Source: Salinigranum sp.
Lineage (GTDB): Archaea; Halobacteriota; Halobacteria; Halobacteriales; Haloferacaceae
DNA length: 64,000 nucleotides
Reading direction: 5' to 3'
Assembly (NCBI RefSeq): GCF_041641895.1
Contig: NZ_JBEPXO010000002.1
Coordinates: forward strand, 8,814 to 72,813
Below, in pieces: positions 39,190 to 48,100 of the stretch (the stretch's first letter is position 1; every line of letters begins with the position of its first letter). The translations under genes and the position numbers were made by a program. The notes under the pieces are model-generated. The model searched no databases. It saw nothing but the letters and a program-made list of their open reading frames with translations, and was not told the DNA's origin.

Positions 39190-40536
39190 GTGACATCGAC
39201 GCTCCGGCGGGCAGGCGGCTTCGCCGCCGTGGGCACGCTCTCGCTCGCAGCGCCCGCGCTCGGCGTGGCCGCGGCCGCCCCGTTCGCGGCCGTCGCGCTC
39301 CTCGCGGCGTTCGTCATCACCGACGGGCCGCTGTTCGAACTCTTCGCCCGGCCCGGCGACCGCGAGGACGGCCGACTCAACGGCCTCGCGAGCGTCGCCC
39401 TCGCCGCGACCGGTCTCGCCCTCCTCGCGACGGTCCCGCGCGAACCGATGCCGGTCACCGTCTTCGTCGCCACCGTCGTGGGCGTCACCTACGGCAACCT
39501 CGGGGGACAACTCGCCACCACGCGGCGGGAGGGCCCGTTCGTCACCGTCGCCGGCTTCGCCGCCCTCGGGTTCCCCGCGGCCGTCGCCGGACAGGTCGTG
39601 GTCACGATGGTGGCCGGCGCGGCGGGCCCCTCGGCGCTCGTCGCCGCCGCTCCCGAGTTCGTCTTCGTCGCCGCCGTCACGACGCTCGTCGCCGCGCTCG
39701 TCCGCTCGGCGCTGTACGAACGGGACGACCCGGTCGTGCTCCTGTCGACGGGCATCCTCGCGTGGGTGTTCGACGCGCTCGTCGTGAACGTCGACCCCGT
39801 GGGAATCGCGCTCGCCATCGCCGTCACCGTCGCGCTCGGGTACGCCTCCTACGCGCTCGGGACCGCCTCGGTGACGGGGATGCTCACGGGCGTCCTCCTC
39901 GGACTGCTCACCGTCGTGCTCGGCAGTTTCGGCTGGTTCGTCGTCCTCATCGCGTTCTTCTCGGTCGGCGGCCTCTCGACGAAGTTCCGCTACGAGGAGA
40001 AACTCGACCGCGGTGTCGCCGAGGACAACGAGGGCGCCCGCGGGTCGTCGAACGTCCTCGGCAACGCCGCCGTCGCGTTCATCGCCGTCGTCGGGTTCGC
40101 CGCCTCGTCGCGTCTCTCGCTCGGCGGCCCCACAGTCACCGCGTTCGGCTTCGCCTTCGCCGGGTCTCTCGCGGCCGCGATGAGTGACACGCTCTCCTCG
40201 GAAATCGGCGGCCTGTACGACCGCCCACGGCTCATCACGACCCTCGAACCGGTCCCGCCCGGCACCGACGGCGGCGTCACCTGGCAGGGGGAAGTCGCCG
40301 GTGTCGTGGGCGCGGCGTTCGTCGCCGGACTCGCGCTCGTCCTCATGCCGCTCCCGGGGCCGGCCGCGCTCGTCACGGGCACCGTCACCGTCGGCGGCAT
40401 CGCGGGGATGACCGTCGACAGTCTCCTCGGCGCGACGCTCGAAGGTGACCGCATCGGCAACGAGGCCGTCAACCTCCTCGCGACGCTCGCCGGTGCGCTC
40501 GTCAGCGGCGGCGTCGCGCTCGCGTTGCTCGTCTGA
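39190..40536 (+). CDS. DUF92 (TMEM19-like) membrane protein
   Basis: RGSSNVLGNA, SLAAAMSDTLSSEIG, VPPGTDGGVTWQG, DSLLGATLE, NEAVNLLAT. Confidence 0.9.
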   Translation: MTSTLRRAGGFAAVGTLSLAAPALGVAAAAPFAAVALLAAFVITDGPLFELFARPGDREDGRLNGLASVALAATGLALLATVPREPMPVTVFVATVVGVTYGNLGGQLATTRREGPFVTVAGFAALGFPAAVAGQVVVTMVAGAAGPSALVAAAPEFVFVAAVTTLVAALVRSALYERDDPVVLLSTGILAWVFDALVVNVDPVGIALAIAVTVALGYASYALGTASVTGMLTGVLLGLLTVVLGSFGWFVVLIAFFSVGGLSTKFRYEEKLDRGVAEDNEGARGSSNVLGNAAVAFIAVVGFAASSRLSLGGPTVTAFGFAFAGSLAAAMSDTLSSEIGGLYDRPRLITTLEPVPPGTDGGVTWQGEVAGVVGAAFVAGLALVLMPLPGPAALVTGTVTVGGIAGMTVDSLLGATLEGDRIGNEAVNLLATLAGALVSGGVALALLV

Positions 40537-40571
40537 CTGTCGCGACGTCGGCACACCGAACACCGATACCG

Positions 40572-41096
40572 ATGACTCCCCGTCCCACCGTCCGTCACGC
40601 CGTCCCGGCCGACGAACCGCGCCTCCACGACCTGCAGCGACACCTCGACGAGCAGGCTCCGGCGCTCCTCGACGCGGTGCTCTCGGGGGTGTTCGGGGAG
40701 TGTCTCGTCGCCGTCGACGACGCGGACCGACCGGTCGGCTACCTGCTCGCCGTCGACGGCGACGGTGACCCGCCCGTCCCGTCGGCGTCCGAATCCGCCG
40801 TCGGCGACGTTCCACCGGTCGGCGGCGACGCACGGTCCGGCGACGACACGCCCACGGTCCACGTCGCCGAACTCGTCGTCGCACCCAGCGCCCGGCGGAA
40901 CGGCCACGCCTCCGCGCTCCTCGCGACGCTCCTCTCCGTACACCCGGGGGAGACGGTGACGCTCACCGTCTCGTCGGACAACGACGCGGCGCTGTCGCTC
41001 TACGAGGGGTTCGGGTTCGAGCGGCTGCGAGAACTCCCGGACCTCTTCGACGACGGGCCCGGACGCTTACTCGCTCGCCGGCCGCGGTCCGAGTAA
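40572..41096 (+). CDS. GNAT N-acetyltransferase (RimI-like)
   Basis: [17 protein letters not shown] acetyl-CoA motif; [13 protein letters not shown]. Confidence 0.88.
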   Translation: MTPRPTVRHAVPADEPRLHDLQRHLDEQAPALLDAVLSGVFGECLVAVDDADRPVGYLLAVDGDGDPPVPSASESAVGDVPPVGGDARSGDDTPTVHVAELVVAPSARRNGHASALLATLLSVHPGETVTLTVSSDNDAALSLYEGFGFERLRELPDLFDDGPGRLLARRPRSE

Positions 41097-42602
41097 CTGC
41101 TCGGCGGTCCGGATGCGGACGCTCACCGGGCGCTTGACGAACTCGCCGAGCGAGCGTCCGACGACGTGCTCCGTCCCGCGCTGGGCGGCCACGTCGAGGA
41201 GTCGCTGCGTCACCTCGCCGTCGACGAACACGGCGTACGGTGGGTCCGCGACGTCTTTCAGGAGTTCGAACGCCTCCTCGGCCGGCCCCGACGCGACTTC
41301 CCGGAGCGAGTCGTCCGTCAGGCGGACCTGGCCGGTCTCCGCCGCGATAACGTCGCGCGTGACGCCCCGGAGGGTGCCGACGTCCTCGTCGGCGTCCGCG
41401 GCGGCTCCGGCGTCCTCTGCGTCCTCGGCATCCGCGTCGTCTCCCTCGGCGGTGTCGACGTCCGGGTCCGTGGTCGATGCTTCAGACCCCCCGCCGTCGG
41501 ACCCAGCGTCGCGCTCTGTCTCGGGTCCGTCGTCGGCGTCGGGACCGGTCGGCTCCGAGGTGGCCGACGGGGCCGTCGTCCTCCCGGTCCCCGACGTGAC
41601 GACCCCGCCGGCCCCGTCCGTCTCGGCGACGGTTGCCGTCGACCCCTCGTCCGTTTCGGCCCCGGTGCCGGCGTCCCCTCCGGGCTCTCCGTCGGCGTCG
41701 GGTTCCCCCGCCGGTGCTTCGTCGTCGGGAGCCGTCCGACCGGCCGCGTCGTCGTCCGACACGGCGTCGACGACTGCCTCGGTCACGTCGTCGCTCCCCG
41801 CCGCGAACGTCTCGTAGGGGACCTTGTTCCGGAGCGCCGAGGTCACCGCGGCCCGGTCGAGGTCCTCGACCGACGCCGACTCCGGCGCGAACGCGACGTA
41901 GTCGACGTTCCCCACCTGCACGAGTTCGCGCAGGATGAGTTCCCCGCCGCGGTCACCGTCGAGGAACGCCGTCACGGTGCGGTGCTGGGTGAGGTCCGCC
42001 ACCGCCTCGGGGACGTTCGTCCCCTCGACGGCGATGGCGTTCTTGATACCGTACTTGAGGAGCGTGAGGACGTCCGCTCGCCCCTCGACGACGACGATGG
42101 CGTCGGAGTCGACGACGTTGGGGCCGGCAGGGAGCCCCTCGTACTCGGTGATGTCCTCGACGCGGACGCTCTCGCGCACCTCGTCGAGTATCTCGGTGGA
42201 GGTCATGATGCTCTCGCTGAACGACTCCGCGAGGAGTTCCTTCGCCCGTTCGACGACCTCTCTCCGCTTGGCCTCGCGGACGTCTTCGATGTCGGTGACG
42301 CGGACCTCCGACCGGCACGGTCCCACTCGCGTGATAGTCTCGAGCGACGCGGCGAGAATCGACGTCTCGACGCGGTCGAGGCTCGTCGCGATGGTGATGT
42401 GACCGAACGACTGCCCGCCTTCGCTGTCGATTTCGACGTCGATTCGCCCGACTTTCGAGGACTGCTGGAGGTCTCTGAGGTCCAGCTCGTCGCCGAGTAG
42501 GCCCTCCGTCTGTCCGAAGATGGCACCGACGACGTCGCTCCGTTCGACGATGCCGTCCGTCGTGATGGCCGCGTGAATGAGGTATTTGGATGTGTCGTCC
42601 AT
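41067..42602 (-). CDS. dnaG: Archaeal DnaG-type primase (TOPRIM)
   Basis: [33 protein letters not shown]; long acidic low-complexity linker before the C-terminal domain. Confidence 0.96.
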   Translation of the reverse strand: MDDTSKYLIHAAITTDGIVERSDVVGAIFGQTEGLLGDELDLRDLQQSSKVGRIDVEIDSEGGQSFGHITIATSLDRVETSILAASLETITRVGPCRSEVRVTDIEDVREAKRREVVERAKELLAESFSESIMTSTEILDEVRESVRVEDITEYEGLPAGPNVVDSDAIVVVEGRADVLTLLKYGIKNAIAVEGTNVPEAVADLTQHRTVTAFLDGDRGGELILRELVQVGNVDYVAFAPESASVEDLDRAAVTSALRNKVPYETFAAGSDDVTEAVVDAVSDDDAAGRTAPDDEAPAGEPDADGEPGGDAGTGAETDEGSTATVAETDGAGGVVTSGTGRTTAPSATSEPTGPDADDGPETERDAGSDGGGSEASTTDPDVDTAEGDDADAEDAEDAGAAADADEDVGTLRGVTRDVIAAETGQVRLTDDSLREVASGPAEEAFELLKDVADPPYAVFVDGEVTQRLLDVAAQRGTEHVVGRSLGEFVKRPVSVRIRTAEQLLGPRPASE

Positions 42603-42751
42603 GGCTCGTGTCGCGTGGTGATGGTGCCCCCAGGGTGGAGGCGATGATGGTGATGGTGACGAGGTCGCGGTCGGTCCCGCGACTGACCGTATACTAGCCG
42701 CTCGGCGTGGAAATACCTATCGTGATGCTGACGGCTCTCCTGTCGCGCGGG

Positions 42752-43453
42752 TTACCGGATAGAGAGCCAGTCGGCCGCCGCACGCACCGTTCGGGCGGGC
42801 GCTGCGGGGTCGTCGTGTTCGAAGACGACCCACTCGACGCCCGCCTCCGCCGCCGCCGCGAGGACGCCACCGAGGTCGACGTCACCGACACCGAGGTCCA
42901 CGGGGACGGCGCCACGCGGGGCGGCACTGTCGACGCGGACGTCCTTCAGATGCACGAGCGGCATCCGCTCGCCGAACCGCTCGACGAGCGAGACGGGGTC
43001 GGCCCCGGCGGCCGTCGCCCACCCGACGTCCAACTCGAACCCCAGGCGGGCGGTGGCGTCGACGACCCGCTCGAACGTCCCCGACGCGAACTCGAACTCG
43101 TGGTTGTGGTACAGCAACCGCCCACCGGCGTCCTCGACCCGGGCGGCGAGCGCGTCGAGTCGCGTCGCCGTCTCGTCGACCTCCCCCGGCCGGAACGACT
43201 CCTCGGCGACGATGGGAACGACGACGGTGTCGGTTCCGGCCGTTCGCACCCGTTCGACTACGCCGCCCGGGTCGGCCGCCACCGTCTCGACGTCGACGTG
43301 GGCCGCCGCGACGTCGAGGTCGAGGGCGGCGACTCCGTCCGGTGGGTCGACGCCGACGAGTTCGACCCCCGTGAAGCCCGCCTCGGCGACGACTCGACAG
43401 CGGTCCGCCGCCGGGAGCGCCCGGAGGGAGTACAGCTGTGTCGCGTACTGCAT
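42752..43453 (-). CDS. Sugar phosphate isomerase/epimerase (TIM barrel)
   Basis: GFTGVEL, LLYHNHEFEF, FELDVGW, VHLKD, VFEHD. Confidence 0.9.
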   Translation of the reverse strand: MQYATQLYSLRALPAADRCRVVAEAGFTGVELVGVDPPDGVAALDLDVAAAHVDVETVAADPGGVVERVRTAGTDTVVVPIVAEESFRPGEVDETATRLDALAARVEDAGGRLLYHNHEFEFASGTFERVVDATARLGFELDVGWATAAGADPVSLVERFGERMPLVHLKDVRVDSAAPRGAVPVDLGVGDVDLGGVLAAAAEAGVEWVVFEHDDPAAPARTVRAAADWLSIR

Positions 43454-43670
43454 ACGCGTCGGTCGCCCGGCGGTGACAAAAAGTGTCGCTCCCGTCCCCG
43501 CCCCTCGTCTCGGGTCCCTCTCGGGTCGCTCCGCCGAGGCCTCGCCGCCGCCGCCTCCACGAACGAGTCGACTCCCCCATCCAGGCTCTGTGAAGAAAAA
43601 TTCTCTTCAACACTGCCCACCGAACCAAGGATAGCAACATTTAGGTGTGTCTGTCGATTATCTTCCACTC

Positions 43671-43886
43671 ATGAGCCGACCGAGAACAGATTACCTCTGG
43701 ATAGTGGTCTTCGCCCTGCTCGTCGTCGGGGCGATTCCGTGGTTCCTGTGGGGCGACGCGACAGTGGTCGCCGGCCTCCCCGTGTGGCTGTGGTGGCACG
43801 TCGGCTGGATGGTGCTCGCGGCGGGCGCGTTCGCGCTGTTCACCCGCGGCGCGTGGGACCGCGGGATGGGGGTGCGACATGGCTGA
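43671..43886 (+). CDS. DUF3311 small membrane partner of the SSS transporter
   Basis: IPWFLWG...GLPVWLWWHVGW; overlaps the start of the symporter gene. Confidence 0.85.
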   Translation: MSRPRTDYLWIVVFALLVVGAIPWFLWGDATVVAGLPVWLWWHVGWMVLAAGAFALFTRGAWDRGMGVRHG

Positions 43887-45375
43887 CCTCGGCCTCTCAC
43901 TCGGCATCGTCGCCGCGTACCTCGTCGTCGCGCTGGCCGTCGGCCTGCTCGCGTACCGGCTGACGGGCAGCGAGGCGGAGGACTACTACCTCGCCTCGCG
44001 CTCGATGGGGACCGTCGTCCTCCTCTTCACCACGTTCGCGACGCTGCTCTCCGCGTTTACCTTCTTCGGCGGGCCGAACCTGGCCTACGGTGCCGGCCCC
44101 GAGTGGATTCTCGTGATGGGCCTCATGGACGGCGTCCTCTTCGCCATCCTCTGGTACGTCGTCGGCTACAAGCAGTGGCTCGTCGGCAAGGCGTTCGGCT
44201 ACGTCACCCTCGGGGAGATGCTGGGCGACCGCTTCGGGTCGACCGGCCTGCGAGCGCTCGTCGCTGCCGTCTCGCTGTTCTGGCTGTTCCCGTACGTCAT
44301 GCTCCAGCAGGTGGGCGGCGGACAGGCGCTCGTCGGCCTCACCGACGGGGCCGTCCCCTACTGGGCCGGCGCGGCGCTCATCACGGTGTTCATGATCGTC
44401 TACGTCGTCGTCGCCGGACTCCGAGGCGTGGCGTGGACCGACACGCTCCAGGGCGTCTTCATGCTCGGCATCGTCTGGGTCGCCGCCGCGTGGGTCGTCA
44501 CCGGCGTCGGCGGCCTCTCGGCAGTCGGGGCCCAGTTGGCGGCCGAGAAGCCCGAGTTCGTCTCGCTCGGCGGCGGTCTCTACTCGCCGCAGTGGATGAT
44601 CTCCACGGCGGTCACCATCGCGTTCGGCGTCACGATGTTCCCACAGATCAACCAGCGCTTCTTCGTCGCGAAGGACGACCGCGTGCTGAAGCGCTCGTTC
44701 GCGCTGTGGCCCGTCCTCGTCCTCCTGCTGTTCGTCCCCGCCTTCCTGCTCGGGTCGTGGGCGGCCGGCCTCGGCGTCGCCGTTCCCGAGGGGGGGAACG
44801 TCATCCCTGCACTCCTGAACGAGTACACGCCCGCCTGGTTCGCGGCGCTCGTCATCGCGGGCGCGATGGCCGCGATGATGTCCTCCTCGGACTCGATGCT
44901 CCTGTCGGGGTCGTCGTACCTCACCCGTGACCTCTACCGCCCGCTGGTGAACCCCACGGCCTCGGCGACGAAGGAGGGCTGGGTCGCCCGCCTCGGCGTC
45001 GTCGGCTTCGCGCTCGCGTCGTTCGTCGCGTCGCTGTTCGTCGCCGGTGGCGGTGGCGGCGGGTTCGGCCTCCTCGTCAGTATCGGCGACACCGCCTTCG
45101 GCGGCTACGCCCAGCTCGCCCTGCCAGTGATGCTCGCGCTCTACTGGGCGCGGACGACCCGGCCGGGGATGATTGCCGGCGTCCTCGGGTCGCAGGCGTT
45201 CTACCTCGCACACGTCTTCGGGCCGCTCCCGACCACCTACCTCGGGTGGGACTTCGCGCTCTACGGGATGCTCCTCTCGCTCGTCCTGACGGTGGGCGTC
45301 TCGTTCGTCACGACGGCCGCACCCGGGGAGAACGCGGCGCGGTTCACCGACACCGACGCGCTCCAGGCCGACTGA
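43879..45375 (+). CDS. Sodium:solute symporter (SSS family)
   Basis: DYYLASR, ATLLSAFTFFGG, GVAWTDTLQG, AAMMSSSDS; about 13 TM segments. Confidence 0.93.
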   Translation: MADLGLSLGIVAAYLVVALAVGLLAYRLTGSEAEDYYLASRSMGTVVLLFTTFATLLSAFTFFGGPNLAYGAGPEWILVMGLMDGVLFAILWYVVGYKQWLVGKAFGYVTLGEMLGDRFGSTGLRALVAAVSLFWLFPYVMLQQVGGGQALVGLTDGAVPYWAGAALITVFMIVYVVVAGLRGVAWTDTLQGVFMLGIVWVAAAWVVTGVGGLSAVGAQLAAEKPEFVSLGGGLYSPQWMISTAVTIAFGVTMFPQINQRFFVAKDDRVLKRSFALWPVLVLLLFVPAFLLGSWAAGLGVAVPEGGNVIPALLNEYTPAWFAALVIAGAMAAMMSSSDSMLLSGSSYLTRDLYRPLVNPTASATKEGWVARLGVVGFALASFVASLFVAGGGGGGFGLLVSIGDTAFGGYAQLALPVMLALYWARTTRPGMIAGVLGSQAFYLAHVFGPLPTTYLGWDFALYGMLLSLVLTVGVSFVTTAAPGENAARFTDTDALQAD

Positions 45376-45435
45376 CGTCCGCTCCCCTCGTCGCCTGGCC
45401 GGTAACTAGAAGCTGTCACCACGAGTGCAGCTCCC

Positions 45436-45834
45436 ATGGAGCCGATTCCCGCGGACGTCCACGACCTGTTCGAGAAAGCCACCTTCGCGCACTTCGCGAC
45501 GATGACGCCGTCGGGGTACCCGCACGTCACGCCCGTCTGGGTCGACTACGACGACGAGACGGGCCACCTGCTCGTCAACACCGAGCGCGAGCGGCGCAAG
45601 ACGAAGAACGTCGAGGGCAACCCGAAAGTCGGGGTGAGCATGGTCGACCCCGAGAACCCGTACCGGTTCCTCTCCGTCTTCGGCGACGTCGACGAGATTA
45701 CTACCGAGGGCGCACGCGACCACATCGACGTCCTGGCGGGGCGGTATCTGGGCGAGGAGGAGTACCCGAACCCCGTCCAGTCGGAGCGGGTCATCCTCCG
45801 CATCGCGCCCGGGCGGGTGTTCACCGGACAGTGA
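45436..45834 (+). CDS. PPOX-class (split-barrel) F420/FMN-dependent oxidoreductase
   Basis: AHFATMTPSGYPHVTPVWVD, RRKTKNVEGNPKV, NPYRFLSVFG. Confidence 0.88.
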   Translation: MEPIPADVHDLFEKATFAHFATMTPSGYPHVTPVWVDYDDETGHLLVNTERERRKTKNVEGNPKVGVSMVDPENPYRFLSVFGDVDEITTEGARDHIDVLAGRYLGEEEYPNPVQSERVILRIAPGRVFTGQ

Positions 45835-45964
45835 CCGTCACTCCCGGCGTCGGACGCTCCACCGCTTTCGACTTCGGACGGTTCGCCGTGGAGAACACCA
45901 CGCACGTCGACCGTCTCTCCTCCCAGTTCGAAGTACATTTGTCGCTCGCGCCGAACGCTCGAGT

Positions 45965-46795
45965 ATGAACGAATCGGGCTTTTCGGACCTCCTCGACCAG
46001 GAGACGCTCGCAGCGCGCGTCGACAGCGACGAGGCGCCCGACTGGGTCGCCGCCCACTGGACCTCGTTCCGTGACGGCCTCCTCGGGGACCGGAACGGGT
46101 CGCCGTTCCCCTGTTTCTTCGGCGTCGAGTCGGTCGAGAAGGGGTGGCCGCTCTACTCGACCGTCGAGTCGCTCACCGACAAGGACGCCCTCCTGACCTT
46201 CCGCGACACCCTCCTGGAGTACCTCGCGACCTACGAGGACCACGCGCCGAACGCCTCGTTCGTCGTCTTCTTCAGGCCCGACGGGGCCGAGACCGAGTCC
46301 GACTACCACGAACGCCTCTGGCACGTCCTGCAGTTCCTCCACGTCCACGACCCCGAACCGTGGCCCGACGACATCCCGACAGACCCCGACGACCCTCGCT
46401 GGGAGTTCTGCTTCGGCGGCGAACCGATGTTCCCGACGTGCCGCGCCCCGTTCTATGACGACCGGAAGAGCCGGTACTGTCCCGTCGGTCTCGAGGTCAC
46501 GTTCCAGCCTCGCAGCCTGTTCGACGGCATCACCCACGACACCGACGCGGGTCAGCGCGCCCGCGACGTCATCCAGGGTCGCCTCTCGGAGTACGACGGC
46601 GTCTGCCCCCACGCTGACCTCGGCGACTGGGGCGTCGAGGGTGACCGCGAGTGGGTCCAGTACATGCTCTCGGAAGACGACTCGCAGTTCCCCGACGAGT
46701 GTCCGCTCGCCATCTCCCGCGACCACCCGAAGGCCGTCTCGACACCGCTCGACCCCGAACCCGACGCGGGCCCGAACGCCTCGACGGCGGACTGA
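45965..46795 (+). CDS. YqcI/YcgG family protein (DcsA/GntA-like heme enzyme candidate)
   Basis: FPCFFG, WHVLQFLH..DP.PWP..IP.DPDDP.WEFCFGGEPMF, SRY, TFQPR, EW.QY family motifs. Confidence 0.88.
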   Translation: MNESGFSDLLDQETLAARVDSDEAPDWVAAHWTSFRDGLLGDRNGSPFPCFFGVESVEKGWPLYSTVESLTDKDALLTFRDTLLEYLATYEDHAPNASFVVFFRPDGAETESDYHERLWHVLQFLHVHDPEPWPDDIPTDPDDPRWEFCFGGEPMFPTCRAPFYDDRKSRYCPVGLEVTFQPRSLFDGITHDTDAGQRARDVIQGRLSEYDGVCPHADLGDWGVEGDREWVQYMLSEDDSQFPDECPLAISRDHPKAVSTPLDPEPDAGPNASTAD

Positions 46796-46798
46796 ACG

Positions 46799-47374
46799 AT
46801 GTCCGCGCTCTCGCTCCCCGCCGACCCCGTCCTCCTCCTCGTCGACCTCCAGACGGGCTTCGACGAACCGCACTGGGGCGACCGGAACAATCCCGACGCC
46901 GAAGCGAACGCCGCACGTCTGCTGGAGGCGTGGCGCTCGTGGGGACTGCCGGTCGTCCACGTCCGCCACGACTCCACCGAGGCCGACTCCCCCCTCCGCG
47001 GGGACGCCCCCGGCTTCGCGTGGAAACCCGCGTTCGAACCCCGCGAGGACGAACAGACGTACGTCAAGCACGTCAACAGCGCCTTCGTCGGGACCGGACT
47101 GGAGGCGTGGCTCCGAGACCACGGGTACGAGTCGGTCGTCGTCGCCGGCCTCACGACCGACCACTGCGTGTCGACGACGACCCGGATGGCCGAGAACCTG
47201 GGCTTCTCGCCCGTGGTGGTGTGTGACGCGACGGCGACCCACGAGCGCGAACTCGACGGCGAGACGTTCGACGCCGACACGATGCATCGGACGGCACTGG
47301 CGCACCTCTCCGGGGAGTTCGCCGAGGTAGCGACGACCGACGCGGTGCTCTCGGTGCTGCCGAGCGGGACGTAG
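46799..47374 (+). CDS. Cysteine hydrolase (isochorismatase family)
   Basis: Asp-Lys-Cys triad in [22 protein letters not shown]; 3-nt gap after the YqcI/YcgG gene. Confidence 0.93.
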   Translation: MSALSLPADPVLLLVDLQTGFDEPHWGDRNNPDAEANAARLLEAWRSWGLPVVHVRHDSTEADSPLRGDAPGFAWKPAFEPREDEQTYVKHVNSAFVGTGLEAWLRDHGYESVVVAGLTTDHCVSTTTRMAENLGFSPVVVCDATATHERELDGETFDADTMHRTALAHLSGEFAEVATTDAVLSVLPSGT

Positions 47375-47434
47375 TCGTCGGAGGTGCCGTCACGAAAACC
47401 TCGCCGCCGGACCGGCGACGTGCCCCGTCTCCGT

Positions 47435-47878
47435 CTAGTCGTTGAGGCGAACGAGCGGGCACTCGAACGCGTCGACGGGGTCTTCGGAGACGCTGAGTTC
47501 ACCTGCTCTCTCGTACTGTACCACTTCGTGGTAACTCGTCAACTGCTTCGGGTCGCCGTGCCACGTCAGCGGGTGGACGGCCCAGCGGCCGCCGTTGTAG
47601 TGGCGGTTCCCCGGAGCGGCCTCCGAGACTGGGACGAAGTCGAGGTGGGTGAACAGCTTGTCGTACGACTGTTCGTTCCTGTCGGTGGGCAGCGGCAGGT
47701 CGGCCACGCCCTTCGTGGCCCAGAGCGTCCCGTCGCCGTAGATTCGTCCCTCGAAGCCCGGTGGTTCCGCGGCGGCAGGTGCGCTCGTGGCACCGATGCC
47801 GAGCGCCAGTCCCGAGACGACGAGACCCGTCCGTAGATACCGACGGCGCGACAGCCTCGTGGTGTGTTCTTCGGTCAT
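47435..47878 (-). CDS. Tat-exported small protein of unknown function
   Basis: SRRRYL twin-arginine motif, hydrophobic region, AAA cleavage site; mature part with SYDKLF, VSEAAPG..YNGGRW, FECPL. Confidence 0.8.
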   Translation of the reverse strand: MTEEHTTRLSRRRYLRTGLVVSGLALGIGATSAPAAAEPPGFEGRIYGDGTLWATKGVADLPLPTDRNEQSYDKLFTHLDFVPVSEAAPGNRHYNGGRWAVHPLTWHGDPKQLTSYHEVVQYERAGELSVSEDPVDAFECPLVRLND

Positions 47879-48100
47879 GGTGGTGGGGGTTCTTCCCCGC
47901 CGGAGGAGGGTCGACCACGGATATAGTAATTTTTCCAACACGTTACCGACTCCCGGTGGGGTTCCTGCCGACTGTGTACCGACTCTCTCTCCACTCGGGC
48001 CCGACTCGTTCTCCCGGCGCGTGCGTCGCTCACGGGTGCGCCCCTGCGGAGTCTGCCATCGAGGGGCGTTCGGACGACAGGTTCGACGCCGACCGGGCCG

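Noticed and set aside
41067-41096. 30-nt 3' overlap of the GNAT and dnaG genes
   Set aside because: Short convergent overlaps are ordinary in compact archaeal genomes.
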